The notes under the pieces: generated by a model
What the model was told of the DNA's origin: nothing
Database searches by the model: none
The model's input: only the letters and a program-made list of their open reading frames with translations
Position numbers and translations under genes: made by a program
In this document: positions 9,277 through 19,169 of the stretch, piece after piece
Numbering within the stretch: position 1 is the stretch's first letter
Layout: every line of letters starts with the position of its first letter
Assembly (NCBI GenBank): GCA_023898625.1
Contig: CP060231.1
Coordinates: 737,890-801,889, forward strand
Origin: Candidatus Nomurabacteria bacterium
GTDB lineage: Bacteria > Patescibacteriota > Saccharimonadia > Saccharimonadales > JAGQNJ01
Reading direction: 5' to 3'
Length of the DNA: 64,000 nt

Positions 9277-11193
9277 ATGTCAGAAAATCATTTATCTCGC
9301 CAAGGTGCTCAATTCCTCCATCAGCAATACAGTACACTACATCAATCAGACCCAGTCAATCAAGAACAAATAAGAAGAGCTAGAAGACTAAGCCATGATC
9401 TAGAGGATTCCTTTCTACCAGAAGATATAACTGAGTCTGAAGCTGTAAGTACTATTCCAGCTCACGAACTAGATTCAGAAGTACACACCAAGCCTATAGA
9501 TAAAATAGATGACTGGATGAAAGTACTAGAACGTACTCATCAAGGTCATCGTGATGACCCAAGAGTACTAGAACGTATTAAGAATAGTTACCATAGACAA
9601 TATGTTATCAAGCCAGAGCAAGTTCCAGAGTCTGCCTTTGCACTAGAAGCTCAAATAGCCAGGAATATGGGTTATGGTGATATACCAATAACCGATGAGT
9701 TCAGACAAGCTAAAACAAAAGAAATTATCTCTAACCAAGAAGAAAGCCTAGATCGTTGGGTAGACTATCTTTCCAGTCCTGATGCTGTCTACCCAATGTG
9801 GCTTAAGTACTGGGCATTTACTAGCATTACTAAAATGGGCAAACTAGAAAAGAACACAACAACTGATGAACATGGAGTAGAACACGAAACAACTCGCTTT
9901 GCTAGACGAACAGAAGATACTGTATCTCCATTCCCACCACTCAACCCCAGAGCTCTAGCTTTAACCCTTTCAGCTATTGAAGCTAAGGCTAGCCAAAGAG
10001 GAATACCTAAGAAAGAAAGACAGCCAATCGACAATACTAGTACTAAGCTAAACGACAGTGACTTTGCTCAACTAGTATCTTCTGAAAGCTTCTCTAAGTT
10101 GTATGCTCAGTTCTTATCTGAACTACCAGCCTATTCAACTGAAGGACTTAGAGAAACCAGAGGACAATGGGTTAAGTATGATCAAGGTAGTGATGCCCAA
10201 CCCTTAGTAGATAGCCTAGAAGGTCACCCCCTAGAGTGGTGCACAGCAGGTATAGAAACTGCCAGGAATCAACTATCTACAGGTGACTTCTATGTTTACT
10301 ATTCTATTGACCAAGACGGTAACCCAACAATACCTAGAGTAGCTATTAGGATGCAAGATAGCTCTATAGCCGAAGTAAGAGGCATAGCCCCCGACCAAGA
10401 AATAGATCCATTCATTGCTGATGTGGTAAGCGAAAAGATGCAAGAATTCCCAGACGGTGAACAATACCAAAAGAAAGCTAGCGATATGAAGCGACTCACC
10501 GAAATCGATGAACGTAAGGCCGGTGGTAGTGAACTAACAACAGAGGACCTAAGATTCCTCTACGAAATAGACAATCCAATTAATGGCTTTGGCTATGAAA
10601 AAGACCCAAGAATCGAACAACTACTACAAGACAGAGACACTCGCATGGATCTTTCTAACATTCTAGGTGTACCACCACAACAAATTAGCTTAACCCAAGA
10701 AGAAGCCCTTAGTGGAACACCAGAACAACCAATCGTTTACCATTATGGAAACCTTGATCTATCTAGCCTGACCAGCGCCGAAGGACTAACTTTGCCAAGT
10801 AGTATTAGTGGAAACCTTGATCTCTATAACCTAACCAACGCCGAAGGACTAACTTTGACAAACAGTGTTGGTGGAGACCTTATTCTCTCTAACCTGACCA
10901 GCGCCGAAGGACTAACCTTGCCAAATAGTGTTGGTGGAGGTCTTTATCTCTATAACCTAACCAGCGCCGAAGGACTAACTCTGCCAAACAGTATTGGTGA
11001 AGACCTTATTCTCTCTAACCTGACCAGCGCCGAAGGACTAACTCTGCCAAACAATATTGGTGGAGGTCTTAATCTCTCTGGCCTGACCAGCGCCGAAGGA
11101 CTAACCTTGCCAAATAGTATTGGTGGAGACGTCTATTTGTACAATCTAGCTAGCACTGAAAAGAAGCTCTCCGCCAAGCCAGACCAGACCTAA
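9277..11193 (+). CDS. Hypothetical protein: N-terminal PcfJ-like region plus a C-terminal array of 21-residue leucine-rich repeats
   Basis: 638 aa with no signal peptide. The segment LEGHPLEWCTAGIETARNQLSTGDFYVYYS...PRVAIRM...IAEVRGI resembles the PcfJ-like domain pattern, recalled from memory. The C-terminus has about 6.5 copies of LTSAEGLTLPNSIGGDLxLxN. Confidence 0.5.
   Translation: MSENHLSRQGAQFLHQQYSTLHQSDPVNQEQIRRARRLSHDLEDSFLPEDITESEAVSTIPAHELDSEVHTKPIDKIDDWMKVLERTHQGHRDDPRVLERIKNSYHRQYVIKPEQVPESAFALEAQIARNMGYGDIPITDEFRQAKTKEIISNQEESLDRWVDYLSSPDAVYPMWLKYWAFTSITKMGKLEKNTTTDEHGVEHETTRFARRTEDTVSPFPPLNPRALALTLSAIEAKASQRGIPKKERQPIDNTSTKLNDSDFAQLVSSESFSKLYAQFLSELPAYSTEGLRETRGQWVKYDQGSDAQPLVDSLEGHPLEWCTAGIETARNQLSTGDFYVYYSIDQDGNPTIPRVAIRMQDSSIAEVRGIAPDQEIDPFIADVVSEKMQEFPDGEQYQKKASDMKRLTEIDERKAGGSELTTEDLRFLYEIDNPINGFGYEKDPRIEQLLQDRDTRMDLSNILGVPPQQISLTQEEALSGTPEQPIVYHYGNLDLSSLTSAEGLTLPSSISGNLDLYNLTNAEGLTLTNSVGGDLILSNLTSAEGLTLPNSVGGGLYLYNLTSAEGLTLPNSIGEDLILSNLTSAEGLTLPNNIGGGLNLSGLTSAEGLTLPNSIGGDVYLYNLASTEKKLSAKPDQT
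10747..11160 (+). repeat. In-frame tandem repeat, 63-bp period, about 6.5 copies
   Basis: The core ACCAGCGCCGAAGGACTAAC recurs at 10771, 10834, 10897, 10960, 11023 and 11086, exactly 63 bp apart, with very few substitutions. Confidence 0.9.
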
Positions 11194-11278
11194 ATATTAT
11201 CTAGAATACGTATCTCTTAAGGTGTAATATCGGTAATAGTGTTGATGTGAGTAAATAAATAGTGTACAATAAGGTCTT

Positions 11279-11731
11279 ATGCAATCAGTAATTCAGAAAA
11301 TTGAAGAAAAATATAAGAAACATCAAGTAGTTGATGTACGTTCTGGCGATACAGTACGTGTTCATCAAAAGATTAAAGAAGGCAACAAAGAACGAATTCA
11401 GGTTTTTGAAGGCTTGGTAATCCGAACAGATCGAAAAAATAGCCATACCTCACGAATTACTGTTCGTCGGGCAAGTGGTGGTATTGGCGTAGAGAAAAGC
11501 TATCTTCTTCATTCGCCGTTAGTAGTAAAGGTAGAGGTTGTTAAAAGAAGTAAAGTTCGCAGAAATTACTTAACCTATATGCGCAAGCTAACAGGTAAAT
11601 CTGCTCGTTTAACTGGCGTAGATTTTGACAAAGAGGCCGTCAATAAAATTGAAGAAAAACCCGCCGAACAACCTAAGACTGAAGACAAACAAGATTCTAA
11701 TTCAACTGATAATACAGAAGCAAAAGACTAA
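11279..11731 (+). CDS. rplS: 50S ribosomal protein L19 with an acidic C-terminal extension
   Basis: 150 aa. It carries an L19 core (VRSGDTVRVHQKIKEGNKERIQVFEGLVI...) and an extra C-terminal tail of about 35 aa. Confidence 0.9.
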   Translation: MQSVIQKIEEKYKKHQVVDVRSGDTVRVHQKIKEGNKERIQVFEGLVIRTDRKNSHTSRITVRRASGGIGVEKSYLLHSPLVVKVEVVKRSKVRRNYLTYMRKLTGKSARLTGVDFDKEAVNKIEEKPAEQPKTEDKQDSNSTDNTEAKD

Positions 11732-11754
11732 ATAAACCTAAATTGCCATAAATC

Positions 11755-11779
11755 AAGATCACCGATATGGTGATCTTTT
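11755..11779 (+). terminator. Intrinsic terminator after rplS
   Basis: A perfect 9-bp stem AAGATCACC/GGTGATCTT with a 5-nt loop runs into TTTT. Confidence 0.6.
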
Positions 11780-11794
11780 GATAGTATATATGTG

Positions 11795-12355
11795 ATGATT
11801 GGAATAGATGAAGTCGGCAGGGGTGCATGGGCAGGGCCTTTGTTAGTTGTGGGGTCGCGACGTAAGTCAGGCCATACTATTGCATGCAAGGATTCCAAGA
11901 TGTTAACAAGGAAAGGTCGTGAAGAATTATTCAAAACTTTTGCTATGTATTACGAATTTGGTGAAGGTTGGGTATCTGCCGATGAAATTGACCAATTGGG
12001 GTTGAGTAATGCCATGCGCCTAGGGGTTGAAAGGGCACTCAAAAATCTTAAAGCTGAACTAAACGAAAAGATTATTATGGACGGTAATATCAATTATTGC
12101 CCGGAGGAGTATACCAATACGACATTTTTAGTAAAGGCGGATAACGTTATTAATGAAGTAAGTGTAGCTAGTGTTTTTGCTAAAGTTGTGCGCGATAGAT
12201 ATATGTTGCTTGAGTCACACAAATATCCTAAATATTACTTTGAGAAAAACGTAGGTTACGGAACTCAAAAGCATCGGCAAGCTCTTAAAGTTTTTGGATT
12301 GACAAAAATTCATAGGCGATCCTTTGCGCCAATGAAGGGAATGATAAATGACTAA
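11795..12355 (+). CDS. rnhB: Ribonuclease HII
   Basis: It has the IGIDEVGRGAWAGPLLV catalytic motif. I chose the ATG at 11795 (the ORF-track start is GTG at 11792) because an extended -10 TGaTAGTAT ends 7 nt upstream. Confidence 0.85.
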   Translation: MIGIDEVGRGAWAGPLLVVGSRRKSGHTIACKDSKMLTRKGREELFKTFAMYYEFGEGWVSADEIDQLGLSNAMRLGVERALKNLKAELNEKIIMDGNINYCPEEYTNTTFLVKADNVINEVSVASVFAKVVRDRYMLLESHKYPKYYFEKNVGYGTQKHRQALKVFGLTKIHRRSFAPMKGMIND

Positions 12356-12701
12356 CTATTCTACTGGGCATTACGCCGAACAAGTCGCTAGTCAGTACCT
12401 GAAAGGCCATGGTTATCAGATAATCGAAACAAACTGGAAGACTCCTAAATGCGAGATTGACGTCGTAGCTAAACAAAACGGAGCGATCTATTTTTTTGAA
12501 GTAAAATATCGGCGCACTCACAACCAGGGTGCCGGACTAGATTATATTACCTCTAAAAAGCTTTCTCAAATGGCTTTTAGTGCAGAGATGTGGGTGCAAA
12601 CAAATAATTGGCGAGGTGATTATCAGCTTGGCGCAATCGAAATGAGTGGGGAGGAATTTCAGATTGACAACGTCGTTCTGGATATCTATGGCAACCGATA
12701 A
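12348..12701 (+). CDS. yraN: YraN-family (UPF0102) endonuclease
   Basis: 117 aa with G..AE..A..YL...GY.I...NW......EIDVVA and a conserved FFEVKYR. It shows the classic rnhB-yraN linkage with an 8-nt overlap. Confidence 0.8.
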   Translation: MTNYSTGHYAEQVASQYLKGHGYQIIETNWKTPKCEIDVVAKQNGAIYFFEVKYRRTHNQGAGLDYITSKKLSQMAFSAEMWVQTNNWRGDYQLGAIEMSGEEFQIDNVVLDIYGNR

Positions 12702-12710
12702 GGGTATGGA

Positions 12711-15278
12711 TTAGTGCTGTAATTTGAAATAATCAATAATCTTTTGACGGTCTCTCTTGCGCCAGGCAACACGAGCCTCAATATCTGCAAAACCAATTTT
12801 GATGTTGCGTTCTAATGTTTTGTTATCAAGCTTTGGTTCAAAAAACTCGTGGTAACGTTTTTGCCACTTTTCATCATTCATAGCATTTGCGGTATACACA
12901 GGCAAGAAATCGAAAGCTTTACTTTTAGATAGTGTTTCTTCAAACCATAACCAGTTTTGTTCCATAAATTCCCATATAGTTTCTCGGGTGTGACGATTGC
13001 GCAAAAACATGGCCATCCAGCGCATAATATCTTGTGGTCGGACAAAGCCGTCTTGGCCGAGTGCTTTAGATATTACTTTGTGTGCGACTTTGGGGTCTTT
13101 GGTACTCGACAGCCCACTGGTAATATCGGTTTGAACCTCAGAACTGGCTTGTTGATATTCATTGATTAATTTATCGATTACATCAGGAGATCCATAACGA
13201 ACTGCCGAACTTAAAATTGTTGGTCTAATTTCAGCATCAATATCGGTTATTGATGAAACTTGGTTGTATTTGCCTAGAGCTTCACTTATCGCTGGCTTAT
13301 GCTCTCCGGCTATCATGTAGGCAATCATTGTATGGCGTAACTGCTTGGTGTTAGGGTTATCTCTGGGTTGATCATCCCAGCCCAGTTTTTTGTACCAATC
13401 GCGAGCAAGCCGAATGCGGAGCTTTTTTAGCGCATCTTCGGTAGCCTGATGACCTTCGGTTAACTGGAGTACGTATCCTAATGTTCTGCTAATAAGCGCC
13501 CAAACACTATCGCGATCTTCTTTATGGCAATCAGATATTAATTTGACGGTAGTTAGAAGTGAATGAGTTCCTCCTCTTGCCAATAATAAACTATCATTAA
13601 TGAGATTAATCCTAGTAACGGCATCAACGGTCATGTTGGCGATTGAACTAGCTAGAAATTCTTGATCTTCTTGGTCTTCGTATTCAACGAAGTAGTGACC
13701 ACTACCATTAATATTTAACAAAATTGGCGAGTTCTTAAGATGGTTAATATTCTGGGCTGGCTTGCTTAGTAGTTCATGAGAAAGATTTTCGTTAGCAAGT
13801 AGTGGAATAGGCCATAGGGTGCCATTCGTAGCCTCATCTAGAACGAATCTTTTCTGAGATAAGCTAATGATATTGTTTTGATGATTAATTTTAACCACTG
13901 GCATACCAGATTGTTCAATCCAGGGCGTCATGAGTTTAGATATGTTTTTGTTGCTAGATTTAGAGAAAGCCTCCCACAGATCCTCGCGAGAAGTATTGCT
14001 ATAGGCGTGTTTTTTGAAGTATGTGTTTAATCCTTTTCTGAAGGCCTCTTCTCCGATGTATTCGCGTAACATTTTCAGAAGTCTACCACCCTTGGCATAA
14101 ACAATACTCGGATCAAAGAGGGTGTCTATTAATTCTGGGTCGGTTACCTTAACACCAACAGGCTGAATATCTTTATAGATATCTCGATTAGAAGTTGTAA
14201 TGACATCTGTTGACGTGTAGAACTCCCATTGTCGCCAACTAGGATGCAGTTCATCTAGTGCGATATGCTCCATGATGCTGGCGAAACTTTCATTCAACCA
14301 GAGATCGTCCCACCATTTCATAGTTACCAGATTGCCGAACCACTGATGAGATAGTTCATGAGCAATTACTAGGGAGATATATTGCTCGCTACTTATTGAT
14401 GGGTTGTCTGGATCGCTAAGCAGAGCAACTTCCCTATAAGTGATTAGTCCCCAGTTTTCCATAGCGCCAGCATCAAAATCTGGTAATGCTACCTGATCAC
14501 ATTTCTTAAGAGGATACTTTACTCCAAAATATGCTGTGAAAAACTCCAGCACTCTCACTGCTTCATCAACAGAGTAGCGTAGCTCTTTTTTTGGTCTTGC
14601 TAAACTGGACCAAGTACGAACTATAACACCGTCTTTTGTTTTGCTTTCAACGCTGTGCATAGGGCCAGTGACAAATGCAAGCAAATAAGTAGACATTTTT
14701 GGGGTAGTTTCAAAGATTGTTGTGGTGCGATTTGCAATTGTTTTTTGTTTAGAGACCGGAGTATTAGACAGTACTACATCTTTACTATCTGTTGTTAAGG
14801 TTAGGTCAAAAGTTGCTTTGGCAATTGGTTCGTCGATACAAGGGAAGGCCTCTCGAGCATAGTGACTTTCGAATTGAGTAGCGATGATTGTTTGAGCCTT
14901 ACCCTCATACTCAAATTTCGATGGATATATACCCAACATGCTGTCAGTAATTTGGCCTTCAAACTCTAGTTCCAGTGTATAATTTCCTGCGTATAGTTGA
15001 TCTTTAGAGTGTAACCGTACTTCGTCATAAGATTTGTGACACAGTATTCTAGAAAGTTCGATTTCTTGATCCTCGTTTTTGTTGTGTTTTATGACTTTAG
15101 CAGACGTTATGCGTAAATCTCTTTGATGCAATGTAATCCTTTGACTAGGTCTGCCAACTTTTTTCCCAGTAATAACAACCACACCCTTAAATTTTAAGTT
15201 TGTTTTATCAATATCTAGAGTTAGTTGATAGTTATTCGGTTGAAACTGTTCGTAGAGATGTCGTAATTTTTTGCTCAT
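12711..15278 (-). CDS. pepN: M1-family aminopeptidase N
   Basis: 855 aa with the GAMENWG exopeptidase motif and the HELSHQWFGNLVTMKWWDDLWLNESFA zinc site. Confidence 0.9.
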   Translation of the reverse strand: MSKKLRHLYEQFQPNNYQLTLDIDKTNLKFKGVVVITGKKVGRPSQRITLHQRDLRITSAKVIKHNKNEDQEIELSRILCHKSYDEVRLHSKDQLYAGNYTLELEFEGQITDSMLGIYPSKFEYEGKAQTIIATQFESHYAREAFPCIDEPIAKATFDLTLTTDSKDVVLSNTPVSKQKTIANRTTTIFETTPKMSTYLLAFVTGPMHSVESKTKDGVIVRTWSSLARPKKELRYSVDEAVRVLEFFTAYFGVKYPLKKCDQVALPDFDAGAMENWGLITYREVALLSDPDNPSISSEQYISLVIAHELSHQWFGNLVTMKWWDDLWLNESFASIMEHIALDELHPSWRQWEFYTSTDVITTSNRDIYKDIQPVGVKVTDPELIDTLFDPSIVYAKGGRLLKMLREYIGEEAFRKGLNTYFKKHAYSNTSREDLWEAFSKSSNKNISKLMTPWIEQSGMPVVKINHQNNIISLSQKRFVLDEATNGTLWPIPLLANENLSHELLSKPAQNINHLKNSPILLNINGSGHYFVEYEDQEDQEFLASSIANMTVDAVTRINLINDSLLLARGGTHSLLTTVKLISDCHKEDRDSVWALISRTLGYVLQLTEGHQATEDALKKLRIRLARDWYKKLGWDDQPRDNPNTKQLRHTMIAYMIAGEHKPAISEALGKYNQVSSITDIDAEIRPTILSSAVRYGSPDVIDKLINEYQQASSEVQTDITSGLSSTKDPKVAHKVISKALGQDGFVRPQDIMRWMAMFLRNRHTRETIWEFMEQNWLWFEETLSKSKAFDFLPVYTANAMNDEKWQKRYHEFFEPKLDNKTLERNIKIGFADIEARVAWRKRDRQKIIDYFKLQH

Positions 15279-15321
15279 TGTTATAGAGTATCATAAATGC
15301 AGTCATCGAATTGATTTACTT

Positions 15322-15351
15322 TTGACAGCAGGAGTTTTTTTAAGTTATAAT
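15322..15351 (+). promoter_or_regulatory. Putative sigma70-type promoter of nusA
   Basis: TTGACA (15322-15327), an 18-nt spacer, then TATAAT (15346-15351). Confidence 0.55.
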
Positions 15352-15364
15352 GTTTGTTGTAAAC

Positions 15365-15388
15365 GTCGACCGACAGGTCGGCTTTTTT
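15365..15388 (+). terminator. Intrinsic-terminator-like hairpin in the nusA 5' leader (candidate attenuator)
   Basis: A 7-bp stem GTCGACC/GGTCGGC (one G-U pair) with loop GACA, followed by T6 (15383-15388). It lies between the promoter and the nusA SD/ATG. Confidence 0.6.
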
Positions 15389-15415
15389 CATAGTTTAGTT
15401 AAGAAAGGTAGAAAT

Positions 15416-16570
15416 ATGGATTTAGATGTAAAACAAATGGCTATAGCACTAAGAGCTATCGCAGAAGAGAAGAACTTGCCAGAAGAGACAGTGCAAGAAA
15501 TAGTCGAACAAGCACTCGCGGCTGCTTACAAAAAAGATTACGGGGACAGAGAGCAAGAAGTAAGAGTTAGTGTAAATTTACACACAGGTGATGTTGATGC
15601 ATACGTCACTAAAACCGTTGTCGATAAAGTAGAAGATGAGCAAACCGAAATTTCATTGACCAAGGCTCAAGCTATTCGCAAGAATATTGCAGTTGGCGAC
15701 ACACTAGAGCTACATCAAGATGTTTCAACATTTGGACGAGTCGCAGCTCAGACAGCCAAACAAGTTATATTACAGCGTTTACGTGAAGCTGAAAGAGAAA
15801 TTATTGTCAACGAATATCAAGACAAAATTGGAACAATCCTTAATGGTATTGTGGCCAGGATAGAGGGTCGTTTGATTCGTGTTGATCTTGGAAAGGCACA
15901 AGGAATTTTACCAGCAAGTGAGCAGATTCAAGGTGAACACTACTATCCAGGGCAAAGATTAAAAGTATTCTTAAAAGACGTAGAACGTGGCTTAAGAGGG
16001 CCACAGCTAGTTTTGTCACGGGGAAATAGTGAATTTATTGAATGGTTGTTCAGGGCAGAGGTTCCAGAAATGGAAAGCGGTGCTGTTGAAATTAAGGGTA
16101 TTGCTAGAGAGGCAGGGGTTCGCAGTAAAATCGCAGTTTCAAGTACTGTTCAAGGTGTAGATCCGGTAGGAACATTTGTTGGTGGTCATGGAACTCGTGT
16201 AAATGCTGTGATGAGTGAAGTTGGCGAGCAAGAAAAAATTGATATTGTTATTTGGGACGATTCCACGAAAGAGTATATTATTAATGCATTAAGTCCAACA
16301 AAGGTCAGTAGTGTAGATATTGACGAGGGACGCAAAAAAGCTACAGTAAAGGTGCCCGAAGATCAGTTAAGTATTGCAATTGGTAAAAGTGGTCAAAATG
16401 TTAGACTTGCTAGTAAACTTACTGGTTATGAAATCGACATCGTAGGAACAAAGGAAGAGCAGAAGGAAATCAAAGAAGAGCCCAAACAACCACCAAAGTT
16501 AAAGAAGAAAAGTGAACTCGAGAGTAGTTTACTAGAGGCAATAGAAGAACACGGCGAAGAAAGTAATTAG
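15416..16570 (+). CDS. nusA: Transcription termination/antitermination factor NusA
   Basis: It contains S1 and two KH domains (IGKSGQNVRLASKLTG). I chose the start at ATG 15416 (MDLDVKQ...), which is preceded by AAGAAAGG. The ORF-track start at 15350 lies inside the -10 box and spans the leader hairpin. Confidence 0.9.
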   Translation: MDLDVKQMAIALRAIAEEKNLPEETVQEIVEQALAAAYKKDYGDREQEVRVSVNLHTGDVDAYVTKTVVDKVEDEQTEISLTKAQAIRKNIAVGDTLELHQDVSTFGRVAAQTAKQVILQRLREAEREIIVNEYQDKIGTILNGIVARIEGRLIRVDLGKAQGILPASEQIQGEHYYPGQRLKVFLKDVERGLRGPQLVLSRGNSEFIEWLFRAEVPEMESGAVEIKGIAREAGVRSKIAVSSTVQGVDPVGTFVGGHGTRVNAVMSEVGEQEKIDIVIWDDSTKEYIINALSPTKVSSVDIDEGRKKATVKVPEDQLSIAIGKSGQNVRLASKLTGYEIDIVGTKEEQKEIKEEPKQPPKLKKKSELESSLLEAIEEHGEESN

Positions 16571-16593
16571 CACTCTTGACTTGCGAGTGCTAA
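16567..16593 (+). promoter_or_regulatory. CIRCE element (HrcA operator consensus) overlapping the clpC promoter
   Basis: TTAGCACTC-TTGACTTGC-GAGTGCTAA is an exact match to TTAGCACTC-N9-GAGTGCTAA. TTGACT in the spacer lies 18 nt upstream of TATACT (16600-16605). Confidence 0.8.
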
Positions 16594-16656
16594 TTTAGTT
16601 ATACTAAAAACAGCGATTTTGCGCTACATATAATTTAACGAGGGTATAACTAAAAA

Positions 16657-19134
16657 ATGCCACCAAATTCATCTGATTTTCAAGAGATCCTGAATCATTT
16701 AACCGAAAATGCTCTGCGAAGCTTACAGCAAGCTGACGGTATTGCTCGTGCTTCAGGTAGTCCGTATGTTGGAACACAGCATATTCTTTTGGGTATATTG
16801 GCACAAGAAGCATCTATCGGCGCAAAAATGTTACAAGATAGCGGAGTAACACTCGATAGGGCTAGACTTGCCTTAAATCTGACACCAAAAGCCACTGTCA
16901 TAAATATGGGCGCCAAAGGTTTGAGCGAAACAGCAAAGCTGACATTAAAAATGGCTTACGAAACAGCTCAGGATTACAGCCAAGAGTTTTGTGGTACAGA
17001 GCATATTCTTTATAGTATCCTAAGCCAGAAGAACTCTAGAGCAACTGTTTTGCTTCGAGATATGAATACAAATGTCGATAACTTAATAAATGGCCTGGAA
17101 CAATTTTTGAATAGGCAACAATATGAAGATTCAGCAAATCCGAGTGGAGGACGTGTACGTACAAAGCAAAGGCGAAAGACTGCACTCGATTTTTTCGGGA
17201 CAGATCTTACTCGGTTAGCAAAACAAGGGAAGCTAGACCCAGTGATTGGGCGCGAAGCACAGATTAGGCGAGTCATTACAATTTTAAACCGACGAACAAA
17301 AAATAACCCAGTATTAATTGGCGAACCTGGCGTAGGAAAGACTGCTATAGTAGAAGGCTTAGCTCAGAGAATTGTTAATGAGGATGTGCCGGATACCTTG
17401 CTAGACAAGCGAATTGTTATGTTGGATTTGACAAGTATGATTGCCGGAACAAAATATAGAGGTGAATTTGAAGAACGCTTAAAAAAGGTCATGCAAGAAC
17501 TCGAAAATGATAAAAAAACGATTATCTTTATTGATGAGGTACACTTGATTGTAGGGGCGGGTTCGGCAGAAGGCTCACTTGATGCCGGCAATATATTAAA
17601 GCCAGCTCTTGCTCGAGGCAAAGTTCAGGTTATCGGTGCAACAACCACAGATGAATATACTAAGTATATTGAAAAGGACAGTGCTTTAGAGAGGCGATTT
17701 CAACCGGTACAGGTTCCGCAAACTAATCTTTCAGAAACTGTAGCGATATTAAAGGGGCTACGTAAGCACTATGAATCTTTTCATAATGTAAAGATTCCTG
17801 ATGAAGTTATAGAAGATACTGTTAATCTGGCAGATCGATATATAAATGACAGGTTTATGCCAGACAAAGCTATTGATCTACTTGATGAAACTGCAGCACA
17901 TCTGCGAATAGACAAAGGCAGAACACCACCAGAGGTGCGACGCTTAAAAAATGAACTTAAACTTGTGAATTCTAAAATTGATGATGCCGTAGATAATGAG
18001 GATTACGAAAAGGCGGCGCAGTTTAAGCAACGTGTTAGCCAAATTGACGATGAGTTAAAGAAGTTGCAATCAGCATCAAAAAGCGTTAATGAGCTTACAA
18101 TGACAAGCGATGACGTTGCTGAGATTGTGGCACGAATAACAGGTGTTCCTGTGCAAAAAGTAATTAGGTCAGAAGCTAAATATTTGCTCAATCTAGAAAG
18201 TAATTTATCGCGTTTTGTAATTGGTCAAGAAGAAGCAGTTCATGCTGTTTCTAGGGCTGTACGACGAAACCGATCGGGTGTAAGCAGTGCCAAGCGTCCC
18301 ATTGGATCTTTTGTATTCTTGGGTCCTACTGGGGTTGGCAAGACCGAACTTGCTAGGGTATTGGCTCGAGAGTTTTTTGGCTCAGAATCTGCTTTAGTAA
18401 AAATCGACATGAGCGAGTTTGGCGAACATCATAATGTATCTCGTTTAGTGGGAGCCCCGGCTGGATATGTAGGGTACGATGATGGAGGTCAATTGACAGA
18501 CAAGATACGTCGTCAACCGTACAGTGTGGTTTTGTTTGACGAGATCGAGAAAGCTCACCCCGATGTATTGAATATGTTATTGCAACTACTTGAAGATGGG
18601 CATTTGACAGACTCAAAAGGCCGTAAGATTGATTTTACAAATACTATTGTGATAATGACTAGTAACATCGGTGCTGACAAACTCCAAAAAGAAGTTTCTC
18701 TAGGTTTTGATGCAAATAGCAAGATTGATTTAAGTGATTTAGACAAACTCCATGAATCAAACAAGGATAAAGTTCTTGATCAGCTTAAGAAGATGATGCG
18801 CCCAGAGTTACTAAATCGTATCGATAAGATTATTGTATTTAGGGCTTTAACAAAAAACAATATTTCCAAAATATTAGATTTACAAGTGAACGAGCTCAAG
18901 AATCGTCTAGCAAAACAGGGCATAAGCGTAAAACTAACTACATCTGCTCGAAATTATTTATTAAATCATGGTTATGATTCACTAAACGGCGTAAGGCCAA
19001 TGCGCAGACTTTTACAAGATACTCTTGAGGATCATATCGCTGTAGAGTTGATTAAGGGTTCATACGACAAAGGGTCGATAGTTGAGGTCGGCACCAAGAA
19101 TCGTGAACTAGCATATTCTGTAATATCTGAATAG
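16657..19134 (+). CDS. clpC: ATP-dependent Clp protease ATP-binding subunit ClpC
   Basis: 825 aa. It has a double Clp_N repeat, two AAA+ modules (GEPGVGKT and GPTGVGKT), a short UVR-type middle domain ([13 protein letters not shown]) and an LGF loop. Confidence 0.9.
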   Translation: MPPNSSDFQEILNHLTENALRSLQQADGIARASGSPYVGTQHILLGILAQEASIGAKMLQDSGVTLDRARLALNLTPKATVINMGAKGLSETAKLTLKMAYETAQDYSQEFCGTEHILYSILSQKNSRATVLLRDMNTNVDNLINGLEQFLNRQQYEDSANPSGGRVRTKQRRKTALDFFGTDLTRLAKQGKLDPVIGREAQIRRVITILNRRTKNNPVLIGEPGVGKTAIVEGLAQRIVNEDVPDTLLDKRIVMLDLTSMIAGTKYRGEFEERLKKVMQELENDKKTIIFIDEVHLIVGAGSAEGSLDAGNILKPALARGKVQVIGATTTDEYTKYIEKDSALERRFQPVQVPQTNLSETVAILKGLRKHYESFHNVKIPDEVIEDTVNLADRYINDRFMPDKAIDLLDETAAHLRIDKGRTPPEVRRLKNELKLVNSKIDDAVDNEDYEKAAQFKQRVSQIDDELKKLQSASKSVNELTMTSDDVAEIVARITGVPVQKVIRSEAKYLLNLESNLSRFVIGQEEAVHAVSRAVRRNRSGVSSAKRPIGSFVFLGPTGVGKTELARVLAREFFGSESALVKIDMSEFGEHHNVSRLVGAPAGYVGYDDGGQLTDKIRRQPYSVVLFDEIEKAHPDVLNMLLQLLEDGHLTDSKGRKIDFTNTIVIMTSNIGADKLQKEVSLGFDANSKIDLSDLDKLHESNKDKVLDQLKKMMRPELLNRIDKIIVFRALTKNNISKILDLQVNELKNRLAKQGISVKLTTSARNYLLNHGYDSLNGVRPMRRLLQDTLEDHIAVELIKGSYDKGSIVEVGTKNRELAYSVISE

Positions 19135-19169
19135 CTAATTTAAGCTTTAGTGATATATAATTAATGTAT

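Noticed and set aside
10747-11160. Possible CRISPR-like array from the regular 63-bp periodicity (likewise 38444-38707)
   Set aside because: The repeats are contiguous with no unique spacers, in frame and inside long ORFs. They encode LRR units, so they are protein-coding tandem repeats.
15350-15415. Longer nusA ORF starting at 15350
   Set aside because: The ATG sits inside the predicted -10 box, and the extension would be translated through the leader terminator hairpin. ATG 15416 has an SD and gives a typical NusA N-terminus.
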